Below, in pieces: positions 46,601 through 53,756 of a stretch of 64,000 nucleotides of DNA (its first letter is position 1; each line of letters opens with the position of its first letter). The position numbers and the translations under genes are program-made. This stretch comes from Thermoplasmata archaeon (GTDB lineage: Archaea > Thermoplasmatota > Penumbrarchaeia > JAEHCK01): NCBI GenBank assembly GCA_020696345.1, contig JAEHCK010000003.1, positions 10,270 through 74,269 on the forward strand, written 5' to 3'. The notes beneath the pieces are model-generated. The model made no database searches. It worked only from the letters and a program-made list of their open reading frames with translations, and was not told where the DNA came from.

Positions 46601-48625
46601 CTATCCGGAACACCTAATAATACACATATGGGCTCTTATTGGGTCAATGTTACGGTTTCCGATGGCAATGGAGGAACAAACTCTACAAACTTTACCATAA
46701 CTGTGCAAAATGTCAATGATGATCCGATTATTACTACCACACAGGTTCTGGATTCTGCCACACAGGATCTGGAATATTATTTTAATTTCAGTGCGTCTGA
46801 TATTGATCCAACGGGTGATATCCTCACCTGGAATTTAACAACAGACGCGGGTTGGCTGGAGATCAACGGATCAACAGGCAATCTAACGGGAACTCCTGCA
46901 AACGCAGATGTGGGTTCCTGCTGGGTCAATGTGACGGTATCCGATGGCAATGGAGGAACAAATTCTACAAACTTCACAATAACTGTACAAAACGTCAACG
47001 ATGATCCAACTATCATATTACCTACAATACCATCTGCCATGGAAGATGACCTTTACACATTAGATTTCGATGCGGTTGATATAGACCCCACAGGTGATAC
47101 ACTATCTTGGAGCCTTGCCACTGATGCGGACTGGTTAGGAGATATCAACGTCTTAGGTGTGATCTCTGGTACACCGATTAATGCCCATGTTGGCTCGTAC
47201 TGGGTGAACGTTACGGTTTCCGACGGCATTGACGGCACTGCCTCGCATAATTTCTCGCTTGAAGTGACCAATGTGAACGATGATCCGGGCATCACCACCA
47301 GTGATGTTCTGAACGCCACTGAGGATGTTCATTACTATGTAAATTACAGTGCGATAGACATCGACCCCACGGGCGATACACTAACATGGGCTCTTAATAC
47401 TAAGGCAGACTGGCTTAAGATCAACAGCTCAACCGGCAATCTCACCGGGACACCCACCAATGCCCATATAGGGGAATATTGGGTAAATGTAACAGTTTCC
47501 GATGGAAACAGCGGCGTTGCCTGGCATAATTTCACTTTTACGGTAGAAAATGTAAACGACAAACCCGACATCACAACTGATAATGTGATCACCGCCAAGG
47601 TCGGCGAGTTATACTCGGTAGTTTATACCGCAACAGATATCGACCCAACTAATGATATCCTAACCTGGTCCTTGGCGACCAACGCTTCCAGCTGGTTGAA
47701 TATTAATGCCAGTACAGGTGTATTGTCCGGCACACCCACCGTGGTAGATGTTGGCATATACTGGGTAAATGTAACGGTCTCTGACGGCCATGGCGGGCGT
47801 TCTTGGCATAATTTCACATTGACCGTGAGTTCAGATATTGTCCCGAACAATGATCCAGAGATCACCACGAACAATATCCTTAAAGCAACTGTTGGCGAGA
47901 AATATTCAATTGGTTACACGGCCACGGACGACCACACGAATGTCGCCCTGCTTATCTGGAACATGAAAACCAATGCCACATGGTTAAGCTTCGGATCAAC
48001 CACCGGCATACTTAGCGGCACACCACTAGAGAGCGATCTTGGCAGCTATTGGGTGAACATCACGGTTGGCGACGGCGAGGACGGTTTTGCTTTTACTAAT
48101 TTTACAATTATGGTTACCAAGGCCGTTTTGGAAAATACGGAACCGGAATTAACCGACGGTGAAATGACACCTGAAACGGGTGATACAGATACCGAGTTTA
48201 CGTTCTCAGTACATTATTCAGATCCGGACGGCGACCCACCCGAGGTCATTGAGGTAGTGATCGATGGGGAAAATTATACAATGACCTTGAAACCCGGTGA
48301 AAATGCCTCGAATGGCATATATGAGAAAAAGATGAAATTGCCTAAGGGCGACCACAAATACTATTTCAAGGCCAGTGACGACCAGGCACCAGCTAAACCA
48401 GGTGACGATAACACGCCTACAAGTAGTGAAGAAGCCAAGAGCACACCGAAAGTCACGGAAGCTGAAGCCAAGGAAGAAGCAGCCGATAATTCTGTGACAT
48501 ACATACTGATAATAATCGTAGTAATAATTATTTTAGCGATTTTAGGTTTTATAATGAGCCGTCGCAAGCCAACACAAGGACCAACACCACACGAAGTTGA
48601 AGAGGAGGCTGAAGAAGAGGAGTAA
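43658..48625 (+). CDS. Giant single-pass surface protein (1,655 aa) with GLUG-motif repeats, 8 cadherin-like/He_PIG Ig repeats, a C-terminal TM helix and a short acidic tail
   Basis: A GGAGG Shine-Dalgarno sequence precedes the ATG. The signal/anchor is LFVVSLLITGMFVGLIGF. About 20 repeats of VTNCTAYGN.TG...VGGLIG.N.G occur at nt ~44050-45730. Eight ~94-aa repeats of WL.I...TGVLSGTP.N..VGSYWVNVTVSDGNGG.NS.NFT.TV.NVNDDP.ITT occur at nt ~45880-48125. The TM helix is VTYILIIIVVIIILAILGFIM and the tail ends EVEEEAEEEE. Confidence 0.85.
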   Translation: MKNKMFRSLFVVSLLITGMFVGLIGFDDEFVGEVSAFAGGDGSPGNPFKISNVTHLQNMSANLSAHYILINDIDASNTTTWNWNGTIYNGFNPIANDIDSGADGFQGNNFSGSLDGQGYNITGLFINRSSEDYVGLFGRINSSAVIKNVNLVNFSVYGDEEVAGLIGYNDGGTVTNCSADGNTNVPGIYNDYGYNIGGMIGHNTGTVKDCYVYGNVNGTADDTGGLIGYNEGIVINCTSYANATGDIEGGGDKGSLIGFNGGGTVINCTAYGYAFGYYDIGGLIGLNWLGTIINCTSYGNVTGGLQFGGLIGDSYGDVTNCKAYGNIIPSGIGSEWSVGGLIGSNDGPVTNCTAYGNTKSNQMVGGLIGNNGGVVTNCTVYGNTTGTYGDCWAVGGLIGYNDWVVTNCTAFGNVNGTGIFSEDVGGLIGWNEDDGMVTDCSAYGNTTGNNNTGGLMGYNEGGGTNCTSYGNTTGNINVGGLIGNNSEIVINCTSYGDTTGNWYVGGVTGYNTGTVKNCTAYGNTSSKNSDYIGGLIGYNNGTVTNSSAYGNTTGDVAIGGLIGLNLNTGTVINCTAYGNVIGLSQVGGLFGNNSGTVNKCGSTGNATGTGDYVGGLIGNNSGTVTNCFSHSNATGDDNVGGLIGNNVGGTVTNCYSIGYVTGNSNIGGLIGSSSGTVTGCFWDNETSGQTTSAGGLGVQGKNTTEMIMEITFTSEGWDFVDVWGIDNGELYPFFMFWYNPPMIITPDVEITFEDSLYIVDYDAYYSTHSPDNDIDTWKLTTNASSWLSIDANGVLSGTPTNDDFGSYWVNVTVTDLVSGNDSHNFTLTVFNVNDPPIITTLDNTTAIEDVFYSVDYDAVDIDPTMDTFTWKLATTASIWLNINGLTGVLSGTPINSDIGTFWVNITVNDGNGGTNSTNFTLKVDNTNDPPTITTTDEKMTVEDVLYSVDYEATDIDPTGDTLTWTLTSNASWLDIDETTGVLSGTPNNTHMGSYWVNVTVSDGNGGTNSTNFTITVQNVNDDPIITTTQVLDSATQDLEYYFNFSASDIDPTGDILTWNLTTDAGWLEINGSTGNLTGTPANADVGSCWVNVTVSDGNGGTNSTNFTITVQNVNDDPTIILPTIPSAMEDDLYTLDFDAVDIDPTGDTLSWSLATDADWLGDINVLGVISGTPINAHVGSYWVNVTVSDGIDGTASHNFSLEVTNVNDDPGITTSDVLNATEDVHYYVNYSAIDIDPTGDTLTWALNTKADWLKINSSTGNLTGTPTNAHIGEYWVNVTVSDGNSGVAWHNFTFTVENVNDKPDITTDNVITAKVGELYSVVYTATDIDPTNDILTWSLATNASSWLNINASTGVLSGTPTVVDVGIYWVNVTVSDGHGGRSWHNFTLTVSSDIVPNNDPEITTNNILKATVGEKYSIGYTATDDHTNVALLIWNMKTNATWLSFGSTTGILSGTPLESDLGSYWVNITVGDGEDGFAFTNFTIMVTKAVLENTEPELTDGEMTPETGDTDTEFTFSVHYSDPDGDPPEVIEVVIDGENYTMTLKPGENASNGIYEKKMKLPKGDHKYYFKASDDQAPAKPGDDNTPTSSEEAKSTPKVTEAEAKEEAADNSVTYILIIIVVIIILAILGFIMSRRKPTQGPTPHEVEEEAEEEE
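45880..48125 (+). repeat. Intragenic tandem repeats, period 279-282 nt (He_PIG-like domains); the central copies share long near-identical stretches
   Basis: The NVNDPP/NTNDPP/NVNDDP boundaries at 46148, 46430 and ~46712 are spaced 282 nt apart. The 46640-46740 and 46921-47020 segments align with mostly third-codon-position differences. Confidence 0.85.
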
Positions 48626-48670
48626 TTGGCGCTGAGGTTCATTGGAAATTTGAAATTGGAAAGTCAAAAG

Positions 48671-48725
48671 TAGTTATCAGAACCCTGACCCTTAATTGTA
48701 ACCCCTGATCCCTAATTACAACACC
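48671..48725. repeat. C-rich arm of the GGGGTYACAATT word family (inverted orientation)
   Basis: AATTGTAACCCCTGATCCC (48694-48712) is the exact reverse complement of GGGATCAGGGGTTACAATT at 8296-8314. Confidence 0.75.
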
Positions 48726-48830
48726 CGCAACTCCTTCATCTTTCACTCATTGTATTATTAATCAACAATAAATCAACTTTAATCAATAATATTTAATTAT
48801 AAGAGCACATTATCATCAGCAGTGATCATT

Positions 48831-49610
48831 ATGGCTTCATTAGAAAATTTAGATGTAACTGACAGTATGAAAGATAATATCAAGATTTTTCAGAACATTA
48901 TCGACGACCTAAGTGTGGATTGGAACTCGCCAGGAAACATCTCCAACGATAAAAAAGAGCTGGTATTGAATACGTTGAATGATATGGATAAGAAGATCGA
49001 CGAGATCGAAGATTACTTTTGGCGGCCGCTGGATTCACCAGAGATCTACGAACAGCTGAAGAAAATGGCTGTGGCATTGGGTGAAGAAGGCAAGATAAAA
49101 AAATTCGATACAAAACTGAACAGGATAGCGGCGAATGACCTGGAATTCAAAGGCAGGGTCCAGAATTTCTATGGAAACAACACCGTGGCTCTGAAATATT
49201 ACGAGCAGGCCCTCGATCTGTCACCCGACCACGAGCTATCCGGTGCCGGGCGTGAGAAGGCGACTAAAAGTTTGGCAAGAGCCCGCGAAGATCTGCCCAA
49301 ACTGGAGAAAAAGCTCATTGATAAACCTGGTGATACCAAGGCATTGCTGAAATACGGCCAGGCATTATTGAACCTTGACCGCGCAAAAGAGGCAATTGAA
49401 ATGTTTGATAAATTGATCGAGCGCGAGCCCGATAATCCTGATGGTTGGGCACGGCGCGGAAACGCAATGTTAAGCCTGGGCCAATACGAGGAGTCCAAGA
49501 AGTACTTCAATAAAGCTCTTGAGATCAGGCCAACGGGCACCACTGCAAAACGCGGAAAGAATTACGCGCTCTATTTCCTCGGCGAGCTGGATGCTGGGCA
49601 GCTGGAGTAA
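48831..49610 (+). CDS. TPR-repeat protein
   Basis: TPR-like helical pairs are present (ALKYYEQALDLSPDH; ALLKYGQALLNLDRAKEAIEMFDKLIEREPDNPDGWARRGNAMLSLGQYEESKKYFNKALEIRP). The ORF track start is GTG 48822, with an ATG at 48831. Confidence 0.75.
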   Translation: MASLENLDVTDSMKDNIKIFQNIIDDLSVDWNSPGNISNDKKELVLNTLNDMDKKIDEIEDYFWRPLDSPEIYEQLKKMAVALGEEGKIKKFDTKLNRIAANDLEFKGRVQNFYGNNTVALKYYEQALDLSPDHELSGAGREKATKSLARAREDLPKLEKKLIDKPGDTKALLKYGQALLNLDRAKEAIEMFDKLIEREPDNPDGWARRGNAMLSLGQYEESKKYFNKALEIRPTGTTAKRGKNYALYFLGELDAGQLE

Positions 49611-49804
49611 TGGTCGTTTGGTCATGTCAGTTGTCAGTGGCCAGTGTGAATTTATTACACTGAAAACGGACAACTCAACAAAAATAAGTTTTATTAAAGA
49701 TTAATTTTAATTTTTGTCTGAACTTAGAATTCTTTAAAATCAATAATGTTCTAGCCAGAATTCTAACACCTGTAAACTGAAAACTAATTTTAACTCCCAC
49801 ACTC

Positions 49805-49890
49805 CAAAATCAGGGGTTTGGGGTCACAATTCGGGGGTCAGGCACCTTTAACTCACATACTCTTACACTCACACACTCCCAAACTTTTTC
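49805..49890. repeat. G-rich arm (ATCAGGGGTTTGGGGTCACAATTCGGGGGTCAGG) followed by a C-rich ACTCACA-word block
   Basis: GGGGTCACAATT (49820-49831) is identical to 8317-8328, and ATCAGGGGTT (49809-49818) is identical to 8299-8308. The 49841-49890 block is the inverted counterpart of the words at 43366-43405. Confidence 0.7.
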
Positions 49891-49904
49891 CTTGATAAAA
49901 ATGC

Positions 49905-50948
49905 TTATTTCTGCGGCTCAATGATCACCTTAATAGTATACTGCTTCCAGGGCTGGCTCACCATTTGAAAGCCTTTACCTATCTCGGCCAATGGAAACCG
50001 ATGCGATATCATATCTTTTACCTGCACGGCACCATCACGTATTAGTTCCAGTGCATTTTTACAATCGGCCGGGCCGCCGGCATATGAGCTGGTTAATGTA
50101 ACCTCACGGCGCCAGAATAGGTCGTTAATGGTCATTGGTATTGTCTGGCCTTCTCGTGCACCAGCGAAGAACAGCACGGTGCCACCGCTCTCCACGGATT
50201 CCAATGCGGGTTCAATAAACCCATCAAAACAAATTATCACAATATCAACCAGGTTACCGTCATTGAGTTTGCGCATCTGGTTTGGTAGATCCTCGGCATT
50301 TGATATTACGTGATCAGCCCCGAGCTTTTTTGCAACTTCCAACCGGTAATCGATGGTATCCATTGCAATGATTCGGCCAGCACCACGGCTTTTAGCCAAA
50401 TTTATATGCATCAACCCGGAAATGCCACTCCCGGCAACCAATACCGTCTGCCCGGCGGAAACTCCGGCTCTGTTCTGGCCGCGTAATACACAGGCCAACG
50501 GCTCGGTGAACGAGGCATTCTCGAATGACACACCATCAGGGATGGGGAATGTACCGCGGTCTACATTTATTGCAGGTACACGCACGTATTCCGCAAACCC
50601 GCCAGGATAGAAATGTGTATTCTTCTGCAAGGTTTCGCACACGGTCTCATGACCGGTCTCACAGTAATGGCAAGAAAAACACGGAACATGATGGGTCACT
50701 GCCACGCGGTCGCCAACTGCGAATTTTGTTACCTCACTGCCCGTTTTCTCGATCACCCCTGCCACTTCATGCCCCAGCACCAGCGGTACCTTATCTTTGC
50801 GGTACCATTCCATGACATCGCTGCCGCAGATACCGCTGGCCTCTACGCGTAGTAGAAACTCGTCCGCACCGATCTCCGGTACTGGCTGTTCCTCAATACG
50901 TACATCGGAATTGCTGTAATACATCGCGACTCGCATAGTTTTCACCAT
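49905..50948 (-). CDS. Zinc-dependent medium-chain alcohol/polyol dehydrogenase (threonine/sorbitol dehydrogenase-like)
   Basis: It has the GICGSDVMEW and VLGHEVAGVI zinc-ligand motifs, a structural-zinc Cys cluster CFSCHYCETG, and a Rossmann motif VAGSGISG. Confidence 0.85.
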   Translation of the reverse strand: MVKTMRVAMYYSNSDVRIEEQPVPEIGADEFLLRVEASGICGSDVMEWYRKDKVPLVLGHEVAGVIEKTGSEVTKFAVGDRVAVTHHVPCFSCHYCETGHETVCETLQKNTHFYPGGFAEYVRVPAINVDRGTFPIPDGVSFENASFTEPLACVLRGQNRAGVSAGQTVLVAGSGISGLMHINLAKSRGAGRIIAMDTIDYRLEVAKKLGADHVISNAEDLPNQMRKLNDGNLVDIVIICFDGFIEPALESVESGGTVLFFAGAREGQTIPMTINDLFWRREVTLTSSYAGGPADCKNALELIRDGAVQVKDMISHRFPLAEIGKGFQMVSQPWKQYTIKVIIEPQK

Positions 50949-50970
50949 TTTGAGAATAAAGAATTGTTTA

Positions 50971-51121
50971 TGATTTTAAATCCCAAATCCAAATACTACA
51001 AAATCCCAAGAAAATCCTAATCCCAAAAATTAAAATTGGAATTTAGAATTTAAATTTTTTTTTGGAATTTGGTGTTTGGAACTTATTTGGAATTTAGAAC
51101 TTGGTTCTTGTGATTTAAATC
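50971..51121. repeat. ~150-bp hairpin element with a CCCAAATCC-word arm and a GGAATTT/GGAACTT-word arm, bounded by TGATTT(T)AAATC direct repeats
   Basis: The C/A-rich arm is at 50981-51028 and the G/T-rich arm at 51037-51104. TGATTTTAAATC lies at 50971-50982 and TGATTTAAATC at 51111-51121. Confidence 0.6.
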
Positions 51122-51133
51122 TTTGATATAGAA

Positions 51134-51925
51134 TCATTTCGTTTGCTTTTTCAGCTCATTAAACTTATCAAAAGCCTCTTGTGGTGTATGATTTTCATGG
51201 ACCACGGCACGCACGGCCTGGATCATAGCTACAGGGTCCTCCGATTGGAAAATGTTTCGACCCATATCCACACCTATTGCACCTGCGGAAAGTGCATCAT
51301 GCGCCATCTTCAATGCATCCAGCTCAGGTTGTTTTTTCCCGCCTGCGATGACCACAGGTACCGGGCAGGTCTCGATGACCTGTTCGAAATTTTCCACAAA
51401 GTAAGTTTTTACAATATTTGCTCCTAGCTCTGCCGCGATCCGTGATGCCAGGCTCATATACCGCGCATCGCGTGCCATCTCCTTACCAACTGCGGTCACT
51501 GCTATCGTTGGCACGCCGTACCTATTTGAATCATCGATCAATTTTGAAAAATGTAAAAGTGTATCTCGCTCGAAATCCGCGCCAACCATGATGGAAAATG
51601 CCACACCTGCTGCATTCAATCTTATGGCTTCTTCCATGTTGGCAATCATACCCTCACGCAACAGTTCTTTGCTGAGTATACTGGTTCCACCGGAGACCCG
51701 CAGCACAATAGGTATATCAACATCAGGTGAGATATAGTTCCTAAGTCCACCGCGGGTAAGCATCAAGGTATCTGCATACGGTAACAAAGGATTTACCATC
51801 TTGCCAAGATCTTCCAGCCCGGTTGTCGGTCCCATAAAATAACCATGGTCGACTGCTAACATTACGGTTCTGCCATCTTTCGGTTTTATAATCTTAGATA
51901 ATCTATTTTGCATGCCCCAGTCCAT
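51134..51925 (-). CDS. Class I aldolase of the DhnA/LsrF/ADH-synthase (AroA') family
   Basis: The 263-aa protein has TVMLAVDHGYFMGP near the N-terminus and a conserved Lys in NIVKTYF, as in DhnA-type Schiff-base aldolases. Confidence 0.75.
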   Translation of the reverse strand: MDWGMQNRLSKIIKPKDGRTVMLAVDHGYFMGPTTGLEDLGKMVNPLLPYADTLMLTRGGLRNYISPDVDIPIVLRVSGGTSILSKELLREGMIANMEEAIRLNAAGVAFSIMVGADFERDTLLHFSKLIDDSNRYGVPTIAVTAVGKEMARDARYMSLASRIAAELGANIVKTYFVENFEQVIETCPVPVVIAGGKKQPELDALKMAHDALSAGAIGVDMGRNIFQSEDPVAMIQAVRAVVHENHTPQEAFDKFNELKKQTK

Positions 51926-52020
51926 AACAGGATCCCCCCTAGGTAGGGTTTAAATTATTAATTATATGTTATCACTGAATTTTAGCACAACTATATATTG
52001 TTTTCGTATTGTATTATAAA

Positions 52021-52163
52021 TAACCAATAACCAACCAACAATAACCAAATAATTTTCAATAACCAATCACAAAATCACCAAACACGGATCAATTTACGTT
52101 TGGATAATTGAGTTTTGGAACTTGGAGCTTATTTGGTTATTGGAACTTGGTGATTGGTTATTG
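52021..52163. repeat. ~140-bp imperfect hairpin made of AACCAAT words (left arm) and TTGGAACTTGG/ATTGGTT words (right arm)
   Basis: CAATAACCAATCAC...CACCAAAC (left) pairs with GTTTGG...GGTGATTGGTTATTG (right). The right arm TTTGGAACTTGGAGCTTATTTGGTTATTGGAACTTGGT closely matches the reverse complement of 31601-31645. Confidence 0.7.
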
Positions 52164-52165
52164 CC

Positions 52166-53494
52166 CTACGCTGGGATCAGCCAGTATGCTTTAATGAACT
52201 CATCCCATTGTGTGTCCTTGGCAAAATCTATGGTATCATAAATATCATTATATTCGGAAATGCGCTGGGGCATATATATTGCCAACCCGTGGGCGTTTGG
52301 GTGATCACCTTGTGTGGGGTCAGAACCGTGACACTCGATTATTACCGCATTGTCTACTGCGCGCTTCACCGCCGCTGCTGAACTTCGAACATCATTCAAT
52401 GCTATTATATTTGAAACTTTATCTGCAAAATCCCAAAGATCTATGTTTGAAAAGAATGAAATACCTATAAAATCAAACTCGCCGCTGAATTGTTCGGTAA
52501 CCTGTAGTGCGGAGGTGACACGCTCTCGGCGTACAGGAAATATAGATTTCAATGCAGTTGCGAACCTATCCACTTCGATCACAACATTTCTGACCTGTGA
52601 AGTATCGATCACACTTAATGTATCGCTGGCCTCCTGTTTTGGAATAGTTGGTGGTGCACGCCATGGGCCGTATGGATGAAAATTCTCCACGATGACCTCA
52701 CAAAACTGTTTTGGCGTCATGTCCGGCTTTTCGATCAACTCGCCCCACATAAGGTCGTATTGCCAGTTGCCAACCACAAATCCTCCTTCCGTGGTGTTCT
52801 CAGCACCGAACGAGAACGCTTCCGAGCCGATAAAATAGTCGATATATTCTCGCAGTGGATACACGAACTCGATCATACCAACCAAGCATGCTTCCGTGGC
52901 TAGAATATCTATTTTACGGCCAAAATGTTTGTTCAGTTCGGCCATGGACATTTTTAGATCTTCCAGATCCAGTTTATCACCATCCGATGTATCGTCCCAG
53001 CAGATGCCTCGCCAACCACCACCGTGATTGCTTAATAAGATCAATTGGTGTTCGGCGGGGTATTGGGTAAATGTCCATTTAGCCATATTTGTTAAGATCT
53101 CCGGGTCACCCGTGTTCACCTCAGAGGCCCAACTCGAATTTACATCTGATAAGGGTATCTCATCCGATCCACCTTTTCTGATATATAGAACCTTAGAATC
53201 ATCAGCACCGTTCCGGTCCAATAAACAAACCATGTGTACCTGCTCGGTAGACCCCACGCGCTGCAAGAACTCAAGATTGGTCAACATTTCATTATAATCT
53301 GCTAAGTTATTATCACCGGCAAAATAAAATAAACAGCTCCAAGCGGCAATCGGTCTATCACCAGTCCCGGGTTCGTTATGAGAATAAGATAAATTCTGTG
53401 ACCACCCCAGGGCAAATAGTGCAAAAAGTATGATACTTATAATAATAAATGTTTTAAGTTTATTTGAATGCTTTTTAAAACCTGTAAATTGCAT
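52166..53494 (-). CDS. Clostripain-like (peptidase family C11) cysteine protease with an N-terminal membrane anchor
   Basis: It has the anchor FIIISIILFALFALGW, then YFAGDNNLADY, the His-containing LLSNHGGGW and the Cys-containing LATEACLVG, the order expected for a C11 His/Cys dyad. Confidence 0.7.
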   Translation of the reverse strand: MQFTGFKKHSNKLKTFIIISIILFALFALGWSQNLSYSHNEPGTGDRPIAAWSCLFYFAGDNNLADYNEMLTNLEFLQRVGSTEQVHMVCLLDRNGADDSKVLYIRKGGSDEIPLSDVNSSWASEVNTGDPEILTNMAKWTFTQYPAEHQLILLSNHGGGWRGICWDDTSDGDKLDLEDLKMSMAELNKHFGRKIDILATEACLVGMIEFVYPLREYIDYFIGSEAFSFGAENTTEGGFVVGNWQYDLMWGELIEKPDMTPKQFCEVIVENFHPYGPWRAPPTIPKQEASDTLSVIDTSQVRNVVIEVDRFATALKSIFPVRRERVTSALQVTEQFSGEFDFIGISFFSNIDLWDFADKVSNIIALNDVRSSAAAVKRAVDNAVIIECHGSDPTQGDHPNAHGLAIYMPQRISEYNDIYDTIDFAKDTQWDEFIKAYWLIPA

Positions 53495-53756
53495 ATTACT
53501 TAATCTTTTTCAATTTTATTTAATGATTTTGGTATAATTGTATTATATTAACTGTTGAATATAAATTGTAGGTGGATAGTTATTGTGATGGATTTGAGTT
53601 GATAGATTATCATCCTCAGCAATAATTATTCTTTTATCTAAAACTATTTATACCACGATGACTTTCCAAACTTTGATACAAAATATTTAACATAATCTAT
53701 TTGTATGAAAACTACCTATGGGATTACCAATGGTATGACCAGTGGAGGAATACAAT

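Noticed and set aside
46430-47270. A diversity-generating retroelement (template/variable repeat) explanation for the near-identical adhesin repeats.
   Set aside because: The differences between copies are not adenine-specific and are mostly synonymous, there are more than two copies in tandem, and no reverse transcriptase is in the window.
44599-47874. A series of minus-strand ORFs of 61-111 aa at regular intervals (44599-45153, 46222-46437, 46777-47040, 47053-47319, 47344-47598, 47623-47874).
   Set aside because: They lie antisense to the GLUG and He_PIG repeats of the 1,655-aa gene. Their periodicity mirrors the sense-strand repeat period, so they are shadow ORFs of a repetitive coding sequence.
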